A stretch of DNA of 64,000 bases. Source: an uncultured Hyphomicrobiales bacterium (GTDB taxonomy: Bacteria > Bacteroidota > Ignavibacteria > Kapaibacteriales > UBA2268). Positions within the stretch are counted from its first letter, which is position 1; each line of letters begins with the position of its first letter. The notes below the pieces were generated by a model. That model saw only the letters and a list, made by a program, of their open reading frames with translations. It was not told where the DNA came from and did not search any database. Where the stretch lies: the NCBI GenBank assembly GCA_964645005.1, contig CAZXYS010000005.1:56698-120697 (forward strand), in the 5' to 3' direction. Both the position numbers and the translations under genes were made by a program. Positions 26,003 to 37,600 of the stretch are shown here, one piece after another.

Positions 26003-28114
26003 CTACTGATGCTGCACCATCTTATCGCGCGAGATCTTTATCTCGTTGAGGAAATACTCCTGCGCGTTGAAGAGCTTTTCGCCGTCCTGGGGCGTTAAGC
26101 GCTCGTAGTCGCCGTCCGAGCGCAGGCGCCAGGACTTGGTGTTGTCCTGCCAGTACAGGTTCAGGATTTCCCACAGGCGGTTACGGACGCGCTGGTCATA
26201 AACGGGGAATGTCAACTCGACCCGCTTGTGCAAGTTGCGCGACATCCAGTCCGCGCTCGAGAGGAAAAACTCATCGTCCCCTCCATTCTTGAAGTAAAAT
26301 ATCCGGCTGTGCTCGAGGAACCTGCCCAGAACGCTCCGCACCTCGATATTATCGCTTACGCCGGGGATGCCCGGTCGCAGGCAGCAAATGCCGCGCACAA
26401 GCAGCATGATTTTCACGCCCTTTTGCGAAGCTTTGTAAAGTTCAGGAATAAGGCGCCTGTGCACGAGAGAATTCATCTTCGCAAAAATCAGTCCCGGATT
26501 TTCAGGTGTATGATTTTCGGCTTCCCTCCTTATCTTATCGACGAGTCCCTGGTACAGCCCGACCGGCGCCACGATCAAATGTTTGTAGTCCTTGTAATGG
26601 GAATAACCCGTCAGATAGTTGAACAGGTGCATCGCATCATAGCCGAAATCCTTCCTGCTCGTGAAGAAGCCGATGTCTGTGTAGAGCCGCGCCGTCACTT
26701 GGTTATAGTTCCCGGTAGCCATGTGCAGGTATGTGCGCATCTCGTCGTATTCCTTGCGCACGACCATGCATATCTTGCAGTGGGTCTTCAATCCGAGGAT
26801 GCCGTAAATGACATGCACGCCCGTCTGCTCGAGCTCTTTCGCCCAAATGATATTGTTCTCCTCATCGAAGCGGGCTTTCAGCTCGACGAAAGCCGTTACA
26901 TCCTTACCATTCTCCGCTGCCTGCTTCAATGCCGCTACCACAGGCGAATTCAGTCCGGTCCGGTAAAGCGTGATCTTAATAGCAAGAACATCCGGATCAT
27001 CCGCAGCTTCCCTTATGAAGCGCAGCGTACTGTTCGTAAACGAATCGAACGGATGATGCATCATCAGGTCATTATTCCTGATTACGTCAAAAACATTGGA
27101 ACTCGATTGCAATTCCGGCAGTACACGTGTGGCAAACGGTTTATCGCGGAGATGCCTTATTTCAATTTTTGCCAATTCGGCAAAGTCGGGCATCCCCAAA
27201 GGTCTGTTATGGATATACAGGTCAATATCATCCACATCGAGTGAGCTTTGCAGCATCTTTACGAGATAATCCGGCATTTTCGAGCTAACCTCCAACCGGA
27301 CTGCCGCCGTGCCCCAGCGGCGCTGCTTTATGTGCTCGGCGATCTCGAACATCAGGTCTTCCGCTTCGTCTTCCGCGATTTCCTGGTCGCAGTCGCGTGT
27401 AACTCGGAAAGTGTTCGAATCCTCAATTTCCAGTCCCGGAAAAAGAGTATCCGCAAAAGCCTTGATAACCTGCTCCAGAAGGACAAAATGATGCCCGTTC
27501 TTTCTCGGCAGCTTTACAAAACGCGATAATTTTATAGGAAGCTGAAGGAAGGCGATTTTATTCGTTTCACCTTCTTCTTCCTGATCTCTAAGAACAAATG
27601 CAACATTCAAGCGTCGATTTATAATCCTCGGGAAGGGATGCGCCGGATCGAGACTCAGCGGTGTCAGCACCGGCAGCACCAATTTATCGAAATAATCTTT
27701 GAGGTATTCCTTATCTTTTTTGGTAAGATTTTCGTAATGGTGAATAATAATTTTTTCTTTTTCCAGCGCAGGTAGTATGTCTTTGTATAAGATTTCCTGC
27801 TGCCTTTTATAAAGCGGCGTCAGTCGCTTTCTTATTTCCACTAATTGTTCCGACGGGGTCATTCCGTCATAAGACAGCTCTACGACGCCGGCTGAGATCT
27901 GTCTTTTCAAACCGGCTACCCTGACCATGAAGAATTCATCGAGATTGGAACTGAATATGGAAACAAACTTCAATCTCTCCAACAAAGGATGCGATTTATC
28001 TTCCGCCTCTATCAACACTCGCTTATTGAATTCTATAAAGCTGAGTTCCCTGTTGAAATAGAATTCCGGCGAGCGCAGGTCTTTTGTTTCGTTATTTACA
28101 ATATCCGGTTCCAT
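26003..28114 (-). CDS. ppk1: Polyphosphate kinase 1
   Basis: FYFNRELSFIEFNKRVLIEA N-terminus, ~700 aa, two PLD-like C-terminal domains (HCKICMVVRKE..., LEHSRIFYF). Confidence 0.95.
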   Translation of the reverse strand: MEPDIVNNETKDLRSPEFYFNRELSFIEFNKRVLIEAEDKSHPLLERLKFVSIFSSNLDEFFMVRVAGLKRQISAGVVELSYDGMTPSEQLVEIRKRLTPLYKRQQEILYKDILPALEKEKIIIHHYENLTKKDKEYLKDYFDKLVLPVLTPLSLDPAHPFPRIINRRLNVAFVLRDQEEEGETNKIAFLQLPIKLSRFVKLPRKNGHHFVLLEQVIKAFADTLFPGLEIEDSNTFRVTRDCDQEIAEDEAEDLMFEIAEHIKQRRWGTAAVRLEVSSKMPDYLVKMLQSSLDVDDIDLYIHNRPLGMPDFAELAKIEIRHLRDKPFATRVLPELQSSSNVFDVIRNNDLMMHHPFDSFTNSTLRFIREAADDPDVLAIKITLYRTGLNSPVVAALKQAAENGKDVTAFVELKARFDEENNIIWAKELEQTGVHVIYGILGLKTHCKICMVVRKEYDEMRTYLHMATGNYNQVTARLYTDIGFFTSRKDFGYDAMHLFNYLTGYSHYKDYKHLIVAPVGLYQGLVDKIRREAENHTPENPGLIFAKMNSLVHRRLIPELYKASQKGVKIMLLVRGICCLRPGIPGVSDNIEVRSVLGRFLEHSRIFYFKNGGDDEFFLSSADWMSRNLHKRVELTFPVYDQRVRNRLWEILNLYWQDNTKSWRLRSDGDYERLTPQDGEKLFNAQEYFLNEIKISRDKMVQHQ

Positions 28115-28423
28115 GTTTTCCTTTTTATCTTTTTAATTTTATATATAAGTAAATGTTTTGAATATTACAAATAAATTTTATCATTTTTTGTGCCAGAATA
28201 AAATATCATTTTGACACTGTCCGGCAATAAGATATAATTTGTATGTGCAAAGCCGTAAGCAATGTTCTGGCTGTTAAACTTATTTATTAAATTTCAACGA
28301 AATAAATTAAAAAAATTGCCTGCCATTTATTAAATTTGTTGTTCATGAATTTTCGGATTGAGATAATATTGAAAATTAATTTTTTACTCGATCCGTTGAA
28401 ATTTAAGTTCTAAGGCATGTGAC

Positions 28424-28807
28424 ATGAAAGAGATATCTTTAGCAAAATTAACCATAGAAAACGCAGAGTTTTACGCTTATCATGGCGTACGCAGCGAAGA
28501 GAAAAAACTGGGGGGTAAATATCAGGTTGATCTCGATCTGTATTATGATTCCGTATCGGCAGCAATAAATGACAATATATCATACGCAGTAAATTATGAA
28601 GAAGCAGTTTTCTGCATCGCTGAAGTTATCAATAATGAGAGCTACAACCTGATAGAAACTATAGCTTCCGAAATCCTGAACGGCGTTATGGAAAAATTCA
28701 AATCACTTAAAAAAGCTACGGTCAGGGTCAGGAAATTAAATGTACCAATGAGACGTGTTGTTGATCATATTGAAATTGAACAATCAATAAAAAGAAAAGA
28801 TGTTTAG
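28424..28807 (+). CDS. folB: Dihydroneopterin aldolase
   Basis: FYAYHGVRSEEKKLGGKYQVDLDL, ~125 aa, overlaps folK by 8 nt. Confidence 0.85.
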   Translation: MKEISLAKLTIENAEFYAYHGVRSEEKKLGGKYQVDLDLYYDSVSAAINDNISYAVNYEEAVFCIAEVINNESYNLIETIASEILNGVMEKFKSLKKATVRVRKLNVPMRRVVDHIEIEQSIKRKDV

Positions 28808-29324
28808 AGAAAACAAAGCATATAACGAAAATAAAGGTACTTTTGTATTGTTATCACTTGGGTCCAACCTTGATCAGCGTCGTATAATTATCGACCGCGC
28901 CATAGAAAGATTGACCGAAATGGGAGTTATTTATCAGCCTAAGGTATCTTCTTATTACAAAACCGAACCGGTAGGTCATAAGGAACAACCTGATTTTATA
29001 AACATAGCTGCTTCCGGCTACACCGATTATCCTTTAAACGTACTCATCAATGAAATTAAGGACCTCGAAGAAAAGCTTGGCAGAGTTAAACGCAAACGCT
29101 GGCACGAAAGAGAAATAGACATTGATATTATCCTTTACGGTAATAAAAAAGTAAACTCCGACGATCTGCAGGTTCCCCACCCTAGAATGCATAAACGCAG
29201 ATTCGTTCTCCTTCCCGCTGCGGAAATAGCAGGCGAGCGTATTCACCCTGATTTTAGAATGACCATTAACGAACTGCTCGGTGCGTGCAGGGATGATTCA
29301 GAAGTGGAGATAATGAAAAATTAA
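28800..29324 (+). CDS. folK: 2-amino-4-hydroxy-6-hydroxymethyldihydropteridine diphosphokinase
   Basis: LSLGSNL, RWHEREIDIDIILYG, VPHPRMHKRRFVLLPAAEI. Confidence 0.9.
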   Translation: MFRENKAYNENKGTFVLLSLGSNLDQRRIIIDRAIERLTEMGVIYQPKVSSYYKTEPVGHKEQPDFINIAASGYTDYPLNVLINEIKDLEEKLGRVKRKRWHEREIDIDIILYGNKKVNSDDLQVPHPRMHKRRFVLLPAAEIAGERIHPDFRMTINELLGACRDDSEVEIMKN

Positions 29325-29374
29325 TCCAAAAAAGGCATTTTTGCCAACGCCTTAAAGAAAAAAGAAAAATAAAT

Positions 29375-30070
29375 TTATTTGTAGAAAATAATGAATTCAC
29401 CCTTAAATTTTGTCGTCTCAAGAGAATCCGAGGGCTCAAAGTCTGCCTCCAATATCCCCTTGATATAATCCCTTATAACATTGGAATCACTTGCCTCATC
29501 ATAAAATTCGGAAAAAGTCTTTATTAGTTTAACATGTATTCGGGCGTCAAGTTCACTGAATGTTTTCTCTTGCTTAGTTTCCGTATTTCTGACAGTTATT
29601 GACGACCAGCGCCCTTTATCCTGCTCACTGTCCAGAAAATGATCCGACGGATGCTTAGGAAACGGATTATTGTCCAAAACTACCGAATCCATAATTATTT
29701 CAAAAGAATATACCCGGTCTCTTCTATGTTCATATACAAACTCCGGCGACTTATTCACAAGCTTTATGTGAATCCATGCAACAGTGTTCGTACCGGAAGT
29801 ATCAAGCATTACATCTTTTGTATAATGAGTATAATTCCATTTTTCATCCACGGTATCCTGGTAATTACCAGATACGTCATAAACGTAGTACTCTTTAAAA
29901 TGATATGCAACAGAATCAGCAGTAAATTTATTAACAATGGATGGTTTTATACCATCCGGATTCCGCTCTTTCAATGATTTCGAATATTGATCCAAACCTA
30001 ATGAATCTTCGCATGAATTCAATAAAGCAAAGATCATTAACGAAGTTAAGATAATTAGTATATATCTCAT
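29375..30070 (-). CDS. Lipoprotein, unknown function (last gene of the ECF sigma operon)
   Basis: Signal peptide with lipobox LLNSC. 14-nt gap to the upstream gene on the same strand. Confidence 0.55.
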   Translation of the reverse strand: MRYILIILTSLMIFALLNSCEDSLGLDQYSKSLKERNPDGIKPSIVNKFTADSVAYHFKEYYVYDVSGNYQDTVDEKWNYTHYTKDVMLDTSGTNTVAWIHIKLVNKSPEFVYEHRRDRVYSFEIIMDSVVLDNNPFPKHPSDHFLDSEQDKGRWSSITVRNTETKQEKTFSELDARIHVKLIKTFSEFYDEASDSNVIRDYIKGILEADFEPSDSLETTKFKGEFIIFYK

Positions 30071-30084
30071 ATTATACCTTTTAA

Positions 30085-31350
30085 TTAGTCCAAATGTCCC
30101 ATATAATAGGTAATACCGTAGTGAACTCCTAATTTTTCAGTACTGAACCAATTGTTTTGGTGCATATATCTATAATGAGTATATTCACCGCCAAGCAAAA
30201 AAGAAACCTTATTTGTAGCTATTATTTTAGCCCCAATGAAACCTCTGCCAACTACGCCTCCTACATTTCCGCCCCCGGTTATTTGTCCTACCGGTTTTAG
30301 CCATTCGATATTGAACAAATTCGGGGTCCATCTAACACCTAAACTCAGAGTCCAGAAATTAGGCTGCTGCTTGTATTCCCAGATATTTCCGAATTTATCC
30401 TTACCGGTGAACTCCTGATAAAAGTTCTCCCTGCGGTATTCCATCGGTATTACAGAAAACGCATCCGATATATGAATAACACCCCCCACCGCTACATTAT
30501 TGAAAGCTTGATAATTCCGTGGTGCTATCTCCGGTTCAGGGAAAGACCAAGGCTGAATGCCTCGCAGTTCAATAGACCAGTTAACTCCCGGATCAGTATC
30601 AATTGTCGGATCATCCGTATCCGGGATTAGTTCAATGGCTCTAACAGGCTTTTCAACTTTAGCCATTAGCGGAACTTCCGGTAAAGTTGAAATCCGGGAT
30701 GTTTTTAGCGATTGCATTGTTACGTGTTGATTTAGCGAAGAAGCCAGCTCATCAGATGTTCGACTGATTTCATCAAGCTTTGCATCCCTTCCGGATGATT
30801 CCGTAGATTTCTCTTTTAAATATACATACTTTACTTCCCTCACTGTATCTCTGATCACAGCCTGTTTATTTTCTCGGCTTGATACAAAAGGTACATCACC
30901 GCCGGCTCGCTTTTGATTATCCGAGCCATCTCGGTCTTTCGCTGTCATTGATTGAGAGGCTTTCTGCAGCCCCTCCGATTGAAACTCCTCAGTTCCGGGT
31001 TTTAGCAGCATAAACATCACAAATGCAGTCAGAGCCGCTGTCATCAGAGATGATAAAATTCCGCCCTTATTTTTACTTAAAAAATTGAATAATCCTTTCT
31101 TACCTGCAGCACCACCTGTAACGGCTGCACTCTCAGGAATGAATCCCAATTTTGAATACAGCTTAACGGTAGACATTGGATCAGGCATGAATGCAGTTGA
31201 ATCCGACTTAACAGCAGATTTTATAGCAACCTGATGTTTCAACTCGCTTCGAAGCTCTTCACTTGAAGACATCGACAGAAACAACTCTTCTTCCTGTGTG
31301 CTGTCGAGCGAGCCGTCAAGAAACTCTAATATTTGATCTTTATTCTCCAT
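30085..31350 (-). CDS. Putative anti-sigma factor (single TM) with a large extracytoplasmic domain
   Basis: Lies 51 nt downstream of the ECF sigma gene. N-terminal LEFLDGSLDSTQEEELF anti-sigma-like helix, TM helix ILSSLMTAALTAFVMFMLL, beta-rich C-terminus ending GITYYMGHLD. Confidence 0.5.
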   Translation of the reverse strand: MENKDQILEFLDGSLDSTQEEELFLSMSSSEELRSELKHQVAIKSAVKSDSTAFMPDPMSTVKLYSKLGFIPESAAVTGGAAGKKGLFNFLSKNKGGILSSLMTAALTAFVMFMLLKPGTEEFQSEGLQKASQSMTAKDRDGSDNQKRAGGDVPFVSSRENKQAVIRDTVREVKYVYLKEKSTESSGRDAKLDEISRTSDELASSLNQHVTMQSLKTSRISTLPEVPLMAKVEKPVRAIELIPDTDDPTIDTDPGVNWSIELRGIQPWSFPEPEIAPRNYQAFNNVAVGGVIHISDAFSVIPMEYRRENFYQEFTGKDKFGNIWEYKQQPNFWTLSLGVRWTPNLFNIEWLKPVGQITGGGNVGGVVGRGFIGAKIIATNKVSFLLGGEYTHYRYMHQNNWFSTEKLGVHYGITYYMGHLD

Positions 31351-31401
31351 CTTTAACTCTTGATAATATTCTAAAAATTATTTCCATTCTTATTAATCAA
31401 T

Positions 31402-31965
31402 TTATCCGTAAACATCATTCAAATACGATGAAAGCACTTTACGAATTTGTTGTTTGGCACGAAAATACCTGGATTTTGCATTTGCAAGTGAAATATTGCA
31501 AATTTCCGCTATATCTCCGTAAGATACATCATTATATTCCCTCAAAATAAATACTTCTCTATATTTGAAATCAATAATGTCCAGAGCCATGTTTATCAAT
31601 TCCAGAAGTTCCTTCCTCTCATATTTCCCATTCGGTTCTTCAAAGAAACTAATATTTTCTATTGGAACAGTCTGCCTGGTAACTCTTTTAGCATTGAGAC
31701 ATAAATTCCTTGCTATCTTTATAAGAAAACCGGGAACATTCGTAGCTTTATGGCTTAATTTAACATTTTTAAAAAATCTTAAAAAAGTATCCTGGAAAAT
31801 ATCCTGCGCCTTTTCCTGATCGCCCAGTACCTTCAGACAATAAGCATGGACCATTCCCGAATATCTGCGATATAACTCATTAAATGCCCTTTCGCTTTCA
31901 GACTTATTACCCGAAAGCATTTCAATAAGTTTATTGTCAGAATATGAAGAGTACTTATTGCCCAT
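31402..31965 (-). CDS. ECF-type RNA polymerase sigma-70 family factor
   Basis: Region 2 (AFNELYRRYSGMVHAYCLKVLGDQEKAQDIFQDTFLRFF) and region 4 HTH (SYGDIAEICNISLANAKSRYFRAKQQIRK). Confidence 0.85.
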   Translation of the reverse strand: MGNKYSSYSDNKLIEMLSGNKSESERAFNELYRRYSGMVHAYCLKVLGDQEKAQDIFQDTFLRFFKNVKLSHKATNVPGFLIKIARNLCLNAKRVTRQTVPIENISFFEEPNGKYERKELLELINMALDIIDFKYREVFILREYNDVSYGDIAEICNISLANAKSRYFRAKQQIRKVLSSYLNDVYG

Positions 31966-32145
31966 TAAAAAATTTCTGTTTATATTTAACTTATTCTATT
32001 AAATTAACACTTCAAAACCAAAAAGGTTGCGAAAAAAAATATTTTTTTTACAATTTTTTTGCAACCATTTCTTATCTAAAGTGTTAATTATAAGTATAAA
32101 CGTCAAACCCGGCTTTATTTCGGGATGAATCATAACTGAAACAGG

Positions 32146-34380
32146 GTGATTAAGATGTTAAAAGCATTAAAACTATTGACTATACTGTCTTTATTAATTT
32201 TCATCGGAGAGCAGAAGGCTGAAGCATCTCTGACTTCTCCGCAACTTTACAATGTAGAAATCGACAGAGATACGCTTATCCTTGATTTTGAATATCCTTC
32301 AAACGATATAATCAGTGGTTATAAATTATACATTGCAGACGGAGAAACAAACAACCTCGAAGAGTTTGAACTATTGCGGATCATAGAGCACAATCCTTTT
32401 AAAATAAAAAGATTTAAACGAGTTAGTTATTCTATTGTTATTGACGATAGACCAACTCCAGGTAAACACACATTTTATCTAACCGCTTACCATATTCCCA
32501 ATGAAAGTGATCCTTCTGACTTTGTGACTACTAACATTAAAAATACTTTCAACATTACATTTGAAACAACACCTCAAAAAAACGGATTCATAGGCGAACC
32601 ATACATTTATAAGGCTAAGGCAGTAAGTTCCGATTTTGATCCTATAAATTATAAAATCGTTGCAGCTCCGAAAGGCAGTTCGATTGATTCAAAAACAGGC
32701 GAATTTATCTGGGTCCCCGAGAAATTGGGGATATATGCCATTACAATTAGAGCATACCTAGAAAATGATTCTACTATATACAAGGACCAGAGCTGGAATG
32801 TTCAGATTAAAGAATGCAGAGTTGGCGGCAATATAGATGCATTAGTTACCGATGAGCAAGGTAATTCGGTTGAAATTGGCTTAGGAACCTTACTCATAAA
32901 AAACGATACCATTGAAAAATACGATGAATACAGATTTAGTGACGGACAACTTTTAATTGAAAATATTGACAAGGGAAAATACTATTTATTGGTTGAGGGA
33001 GAGAGTTTTGAAGCTGAATATTACAAAGACGCTTATCATCTTGCCAATGCAACTCCTATTAATGTTGATTGCGGAAAAACCATTGAAATAAAAATTGAAG
33101 TTAAAAAGAAAAACCTCCTCAAAGATTATAAAATACAAGGTCACATAACCGATAAAAAGGATAACCCTGTAAACTGGGCTTCCATTACCTTCTATGGTAG
33201 AAATTTGAAGACAAATGATCCGAGCATTTCACGTGTAATAACCAATGAAGATGGCTTCTATAGCATTGAACTGCCAAATGATAAAAAGTACGTCGTTCGC
33301 GCGGCACCGCCCTCGGACACCTCTTTCACTGCAAACAAAGAGCTTGCTGCAATATACTACGAAGATGAAACTGACTACACGGAAGCTGTCAGATTCATAC
33401 CCGGTAAAGATAATAATACTTTCGATTTCGCTTTGCCCGAAAAAGATAAAATTGACAATTCCATCTCAGGGCAAATATCTGATAAAAACAATAATCCCTT
33501 GCCAAACGTGAATATCGTTGCCTATCCCGTTAAAACGGATAATATCTACCGTGACGGACTTTTTCAAGGTTTGACAACAGTTTCGGACAAAAATGGTAAC
33601 TTCACATTTACTTCACTTATCCCCGGAGAATATGTCCTTTTGGGTGCACCAAATTCCAACAGAATACTGACAGGATACTATTCGCTTAATGAATTTTACT
33701 CTCATTGGAACTCAGCCGCAAAAATTGATTTGAACTATCAGCATATTGAAAATCTCCATATAGAATTACTCGAGCTTCCCCTGCCCCCTGCCGGTAAAGC
33801 TGCACTCAAGGGAACTGTTATCGGTGATAAAATGCGAACAAAAAAAATAAAGGATAAACCATTATCAAGCAATATTATTCCCGGAGCCATTGTTTATTTG
33901 AAAGATATTAATGACCAGCACCGGATACTTTTCAGCACTTTAACTGATCATAACGGTAAATATACCATCAATAATATCAAACAGGGCAATTATAGACTAA
34001 CATTTGAAAAAGTTGGATACAAACCGGTCCATAAAGATATAATCTTATCTCAAGATACAAGTTTTGCCAATGCCAATATGGAATTATTGGCAGACCCAAC
34101 CTTTAATATGGAATTAAGTAAGAATTTTAGTTCAAACAGTTCCGTAATATATCCAAACCCAGCAAACGGAACTATTAACATTCGACTTAACAGAGTCTAT
34201 GATAAAATTAAATTATCACTGACTAATTTAATCGGTCAGGAAATATTTTCCGAAGTTTACTATAACAACAATTCAAACAATGACATAAAAATAGACATCG
34301 ATTCAATATCGCAAGGTATATATGTTCTTAATCTGGATTTTGGAAAAACAAAGGAAACTCATACACTGATCATAAATTGA
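32146..34380 (+). CDS. Large secreted protein with a cadherin/He_PIG-like Ig domain, several carboxypeptidase-regulatory-like domains and a T9SS C-terminal sorting domain
   Basis: Signal peptide (ATG at 32155 is an alternative start). GEPYIYKAKAVSS...IDSKTGEFIWVP. Repeated G.ITD..G.P...A.I modules (GHITDKKDNPVNWASITFYG, GQISDKNNNPLPNVNIVAY). C-terminal VIYPNPANGTINIRL...QGIYVLNLDFG...LIIN. Confidence 0.7.
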   Translation: MIKMLKALKLLTILSLLIFIGEQKAEASLTSPQLYNVEIDRDTLILDFEYPSNDIISGYKLYIADGETNNLEEFELLRIIEHNPFKIKRFKRVSYSIVIDDRPTPGKHTFYLTAYHIPNESDPSDFVTTNIKNTFNITFETTPQKNGFIGEPYIYKAKAVSSDFDPINYKIVAAPKGSSIDSKTGEFIWVPEKLGIYAITIRAYLENDSTIYKDQSWNVQIKECRVGGNIDALVTDEQGNSVEIGLGTLLIKNDTIEKYDEYRFSDGQLLIENIDKGKYYLLVEGESFEAEYYKDAYHLANATPINVDCGKTIEIKIEVKKKNLLKDYKIQGHITDKKDNPVNWASITFYGRNLKTNDPSISRVITNEDGFYSIELPNDKKYVVRAAPPSDTSFTANKELAAIYYEDETDYTEAVRFIPGKDNNTFDFALPEKDKIDNSISGQISDKNNNPLPNVNIVAYPVKTDNIYRDGLFQGLTTVSDKNGNFTFTSLIPGEYVLLGAPNSNRILTGYYSLNEFYSHWNSAAKIDLNYQHIENLHIELLELPLPPAGKAALKGTVIGDKMRTKKIKDKPLSSNIIPGAIVYLKDINDQHRILFSTLTDHNGKYTINNIKQGNYRLTFEKVGYKPVHKDIILSQDTSFANANMELLADPTFNMELSKNFSSNSSVIYPNPANGTINIRLNRVYDKIKLSLTNLIGQEIFSEVYYNNNSNNDIKIDIDSISQGIYVLNLDFGKTKETHTLIIN

Positions 34381-34616
34381 CCATAAATGAATCAACAATA
34401 CTAAAAGCCTATTATGAAAATAATTTAATATTTTAAATATTTAATTCATTTTTTTATATTTAATTTTTACTATTAGTAATTAAATATAAGTTCCATACAA
34501 ACGTAAACAAAATTACTACTTTTAATGTAATTTTTTTAACATTGATCTGTTAGTTAATAGTGACAGTAAAAAAATGAAAAAAGTTTTTTAAAATTAATAA
34601 TAAGCGGAGTTTTTTG

Positions 34617-37600
34617 ATGAATAGGTTTATAATTTCTTTGATAGCGTTCTTCTTTTTAGGGATTTTAAGCAGTCAGGTATTTGCACAAAACATGACACCC
34701 GAAGAAGTTCGCAAAAAGCAAATACGCGATCACCTCCTGTTCAATTCTGCGCAGGGACGCGAATTCTGGATAGCTATACCTCCAAATGAAGTAGCCAGCT
34801 ATCCCACTCAGGTACTTGAAATATTTGTTACAGCCTCAGTACAAACACAAGCTACCATAAAATCTCCCACGATGGGAGTTAATATTACTAAAAACGTAAA
34901 ACCACTGTCTATAACAACTTTTTCAAGTGAAACAGGTGAAACTACTTTCCAATGGGAAATAAGGAGAAGTGAAAAAGTAACGGACAAAGGACTGCAAATT
35001 ACTTCACCTCAGCCATTATCAGTTTACGTTTTGAATGCAAAAAGTGCTACCTCCGAAGGCTATCTTGCTCTGCCAAGATCTGCCTGGGGCACCGAATATA
35101 TTCACTGCTCTTATTACGACCATAACGAAATAAGAAAGTGGAAAACCGGTTTTATTATAATCGCTGCAGAGAAAAATACAAGAGTAAGGATTACTCTCAG
35201 AGGACGCGGCGCTGCCGGTACTTTAGGCGGTCATAATTTAGGTGATATTATTACGGAAAACTTAGATGCAGGGCAAACCTTCATGGTGCAGGGTAATGGT
35301 GAAACCAGAGGCTTTTTCGATATGACCGGTTCAAAGGTTGTAGCAGATAAACCTATCGGCTTTATCTCAACTCACGAAAGGACTCATATCCCATCCTATG
35401 ATATCTGGAATGGCAGGGACCATCTTGCAGAGATGATGCCCCCGGTACATGCATGGGGCAAGGAGTATATTACCATTGAATACAAAAGAGACAGTGGTCA
35501 GGGAGATTTTTTCCGAGTTGTTGCTGCTGAAGATAACACTAGGTTTATTTGCAAATACTATTCAATTCAAAATGGTGAACAACTGGGAACCTGGGAAGGT
35601 CAGATGAAAAATGCAGGCGATTTCCAGGAATATCTCCAGGAACACGTTCAAGCAGGCAACAAATTAAAATCAATCAGAGGCGCATCAATATTCACAGCCG
35701 ATAAACCAATACTGGTAATGCAGTATTCTTATTCTGCATACTGGGACGGTAATGACATTTTTGATCCATTTATGATACTTGTAGTACCTGTGGAACAATA
35801 TATTCCTACTACAGTCTTCCAGACTCCATCCAGTAAAGCATTTCAAGATAATTGGTTTAATATTATAGCCAAACATGATCCTAAGGATTCAAAATTTGAG
35901 GATCTGAAATCAATAAAAGTTGATGGTAAAAAAGTTTCGACACTTGAACCTTCATTTGTTTTGAATAAGATACCAACAAAAGATCTGTATTGGGCTAAAC
36001 TAAGAATGGATCCTGGCGCCCATAAAGTATCAGGAGATACTGAATTTGGCGGCTACATCTATGGTTTCAGTACATTTGATTCTTACGGCTGGCCTGCGGC
36101 TATGGCTATTAACAAGCTGGACGAACTTGATACCCTTGAACCGGAGTTGTACCCGGAAGGTGTTTGCGGTGATTATACAATAAGAGCTACCGAATTCCGC
36201 AACGGCGAAGAAGGCGACGATCCAAGACAGGTTGATCAGGGTATCTCTCAGATTAAACTGCTCGATGGCAGCTATAACTACGAACTCGATCCCAATGATT
36301 TCGAACCATGGCCCGTTAATTATGACCATACATTTTATCTGAACCTGATCGACCCGTTTAAATCCGGCTTAGCAATATATGCAGTTACCGACAGAGCTGG
36401 AAACGTTAATATCGATACCCTGAGTTACGAACCCGACAGCCTTAAGCTCGATCCGGAAACAGTGGCTTTCGGCGAAGTAAGGCTCAGAACCACAAAAGAA
36501 GAAATTGCGGTTCTCGAAAATGTATCAGACAGTACTATCAAAATCCTGAAAATAGCCCTGCAAACAGCTAAATTCTACGAAATCACCGATGGTGCAGTAC
36601 CGCCGGAAATGGAATTGGCTCCGGGAGATACGCATCAGATCAGAATAGAATACTCACCAACAAGAGAATCTTTACGTGAGGATGATCTGGATATCGATTC
36701 ACTTCTCGTAACAACAGAGTGTTTGGAATACAAATGGGAGATCAACGGTCGAGGCGTCATCCCAAGAATATATGTTGCCGACTGGGACGCACTAACAATC
36801 CCCGTTGGTGAAACAAAATGTATAACGGAAGAAAAAGATGGACTCAGGATACGCAACACAGGTACGGCAACACTTGAGATATACGGCATAGAAGATATAG
36901 ATCTTGCTCCCTTCTCAATGCCCGAGACAATCCCTGAGTTCACGTTTACTATCCCCCCCGGTGAAGAAGTATACTTAAAAGAAATATGCTTTGAAGCTGT
37001 CGATACTCTTGATCACTACAAGGATGTGGTATTCAAGAGCAATACCGATACCGTACCGCATAATAACTATAAAGATACCTCTCACTGGCACGGAGCAGGA
37101 ATGCAGCCCGGTCCGGTCATTACCAGTGTTAACTGGAAAGAGCGCAGAGTGCTTACAGTTAACGATTCTGCTGTCTACATGACCAATGTCGGCGACACCA
37201 AAGTATTGGTTAACAGTTTCAAACTGGACGATGAAAACGACAACAGTATGGAAATTCTCTACAACCAAATTACTCCCAAAGAAACAAACATAGAACTCTA
37301 TCCCCTTACCGAAAACAACAGCGGGAAAACTACAAAGATTACTATTCCGGTAAGATTTGTCCCACAGGATGAGCAGGATTACGAAAACTTCGTAATTCCT
37401 GTATTCGGTGATGAAACGGTCGAAACCGGCACTGTCAGAGGCAGACTCGAAGGAATCGGAATCCTGCCTAAGATTGACACACTGGGATATGAATTCGCCG
37501 AGATCAGATACATACAAGGCGAACAAAACATTTCGCCTGAAACAGGACAGGTCAAGATCAGGTCTACAAGCCAATCGGCTGACTTGTATATAGAATCTAT

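Noticed and set aside
26228-27244. 338-aa plus-strand ORF
   Set aside because: It is entirely antisense to the highly conserved ppk1 coding sequence. Its translation is Arg/His/Val-rich with no recognisable motif, which is typical of a shadow ORF.
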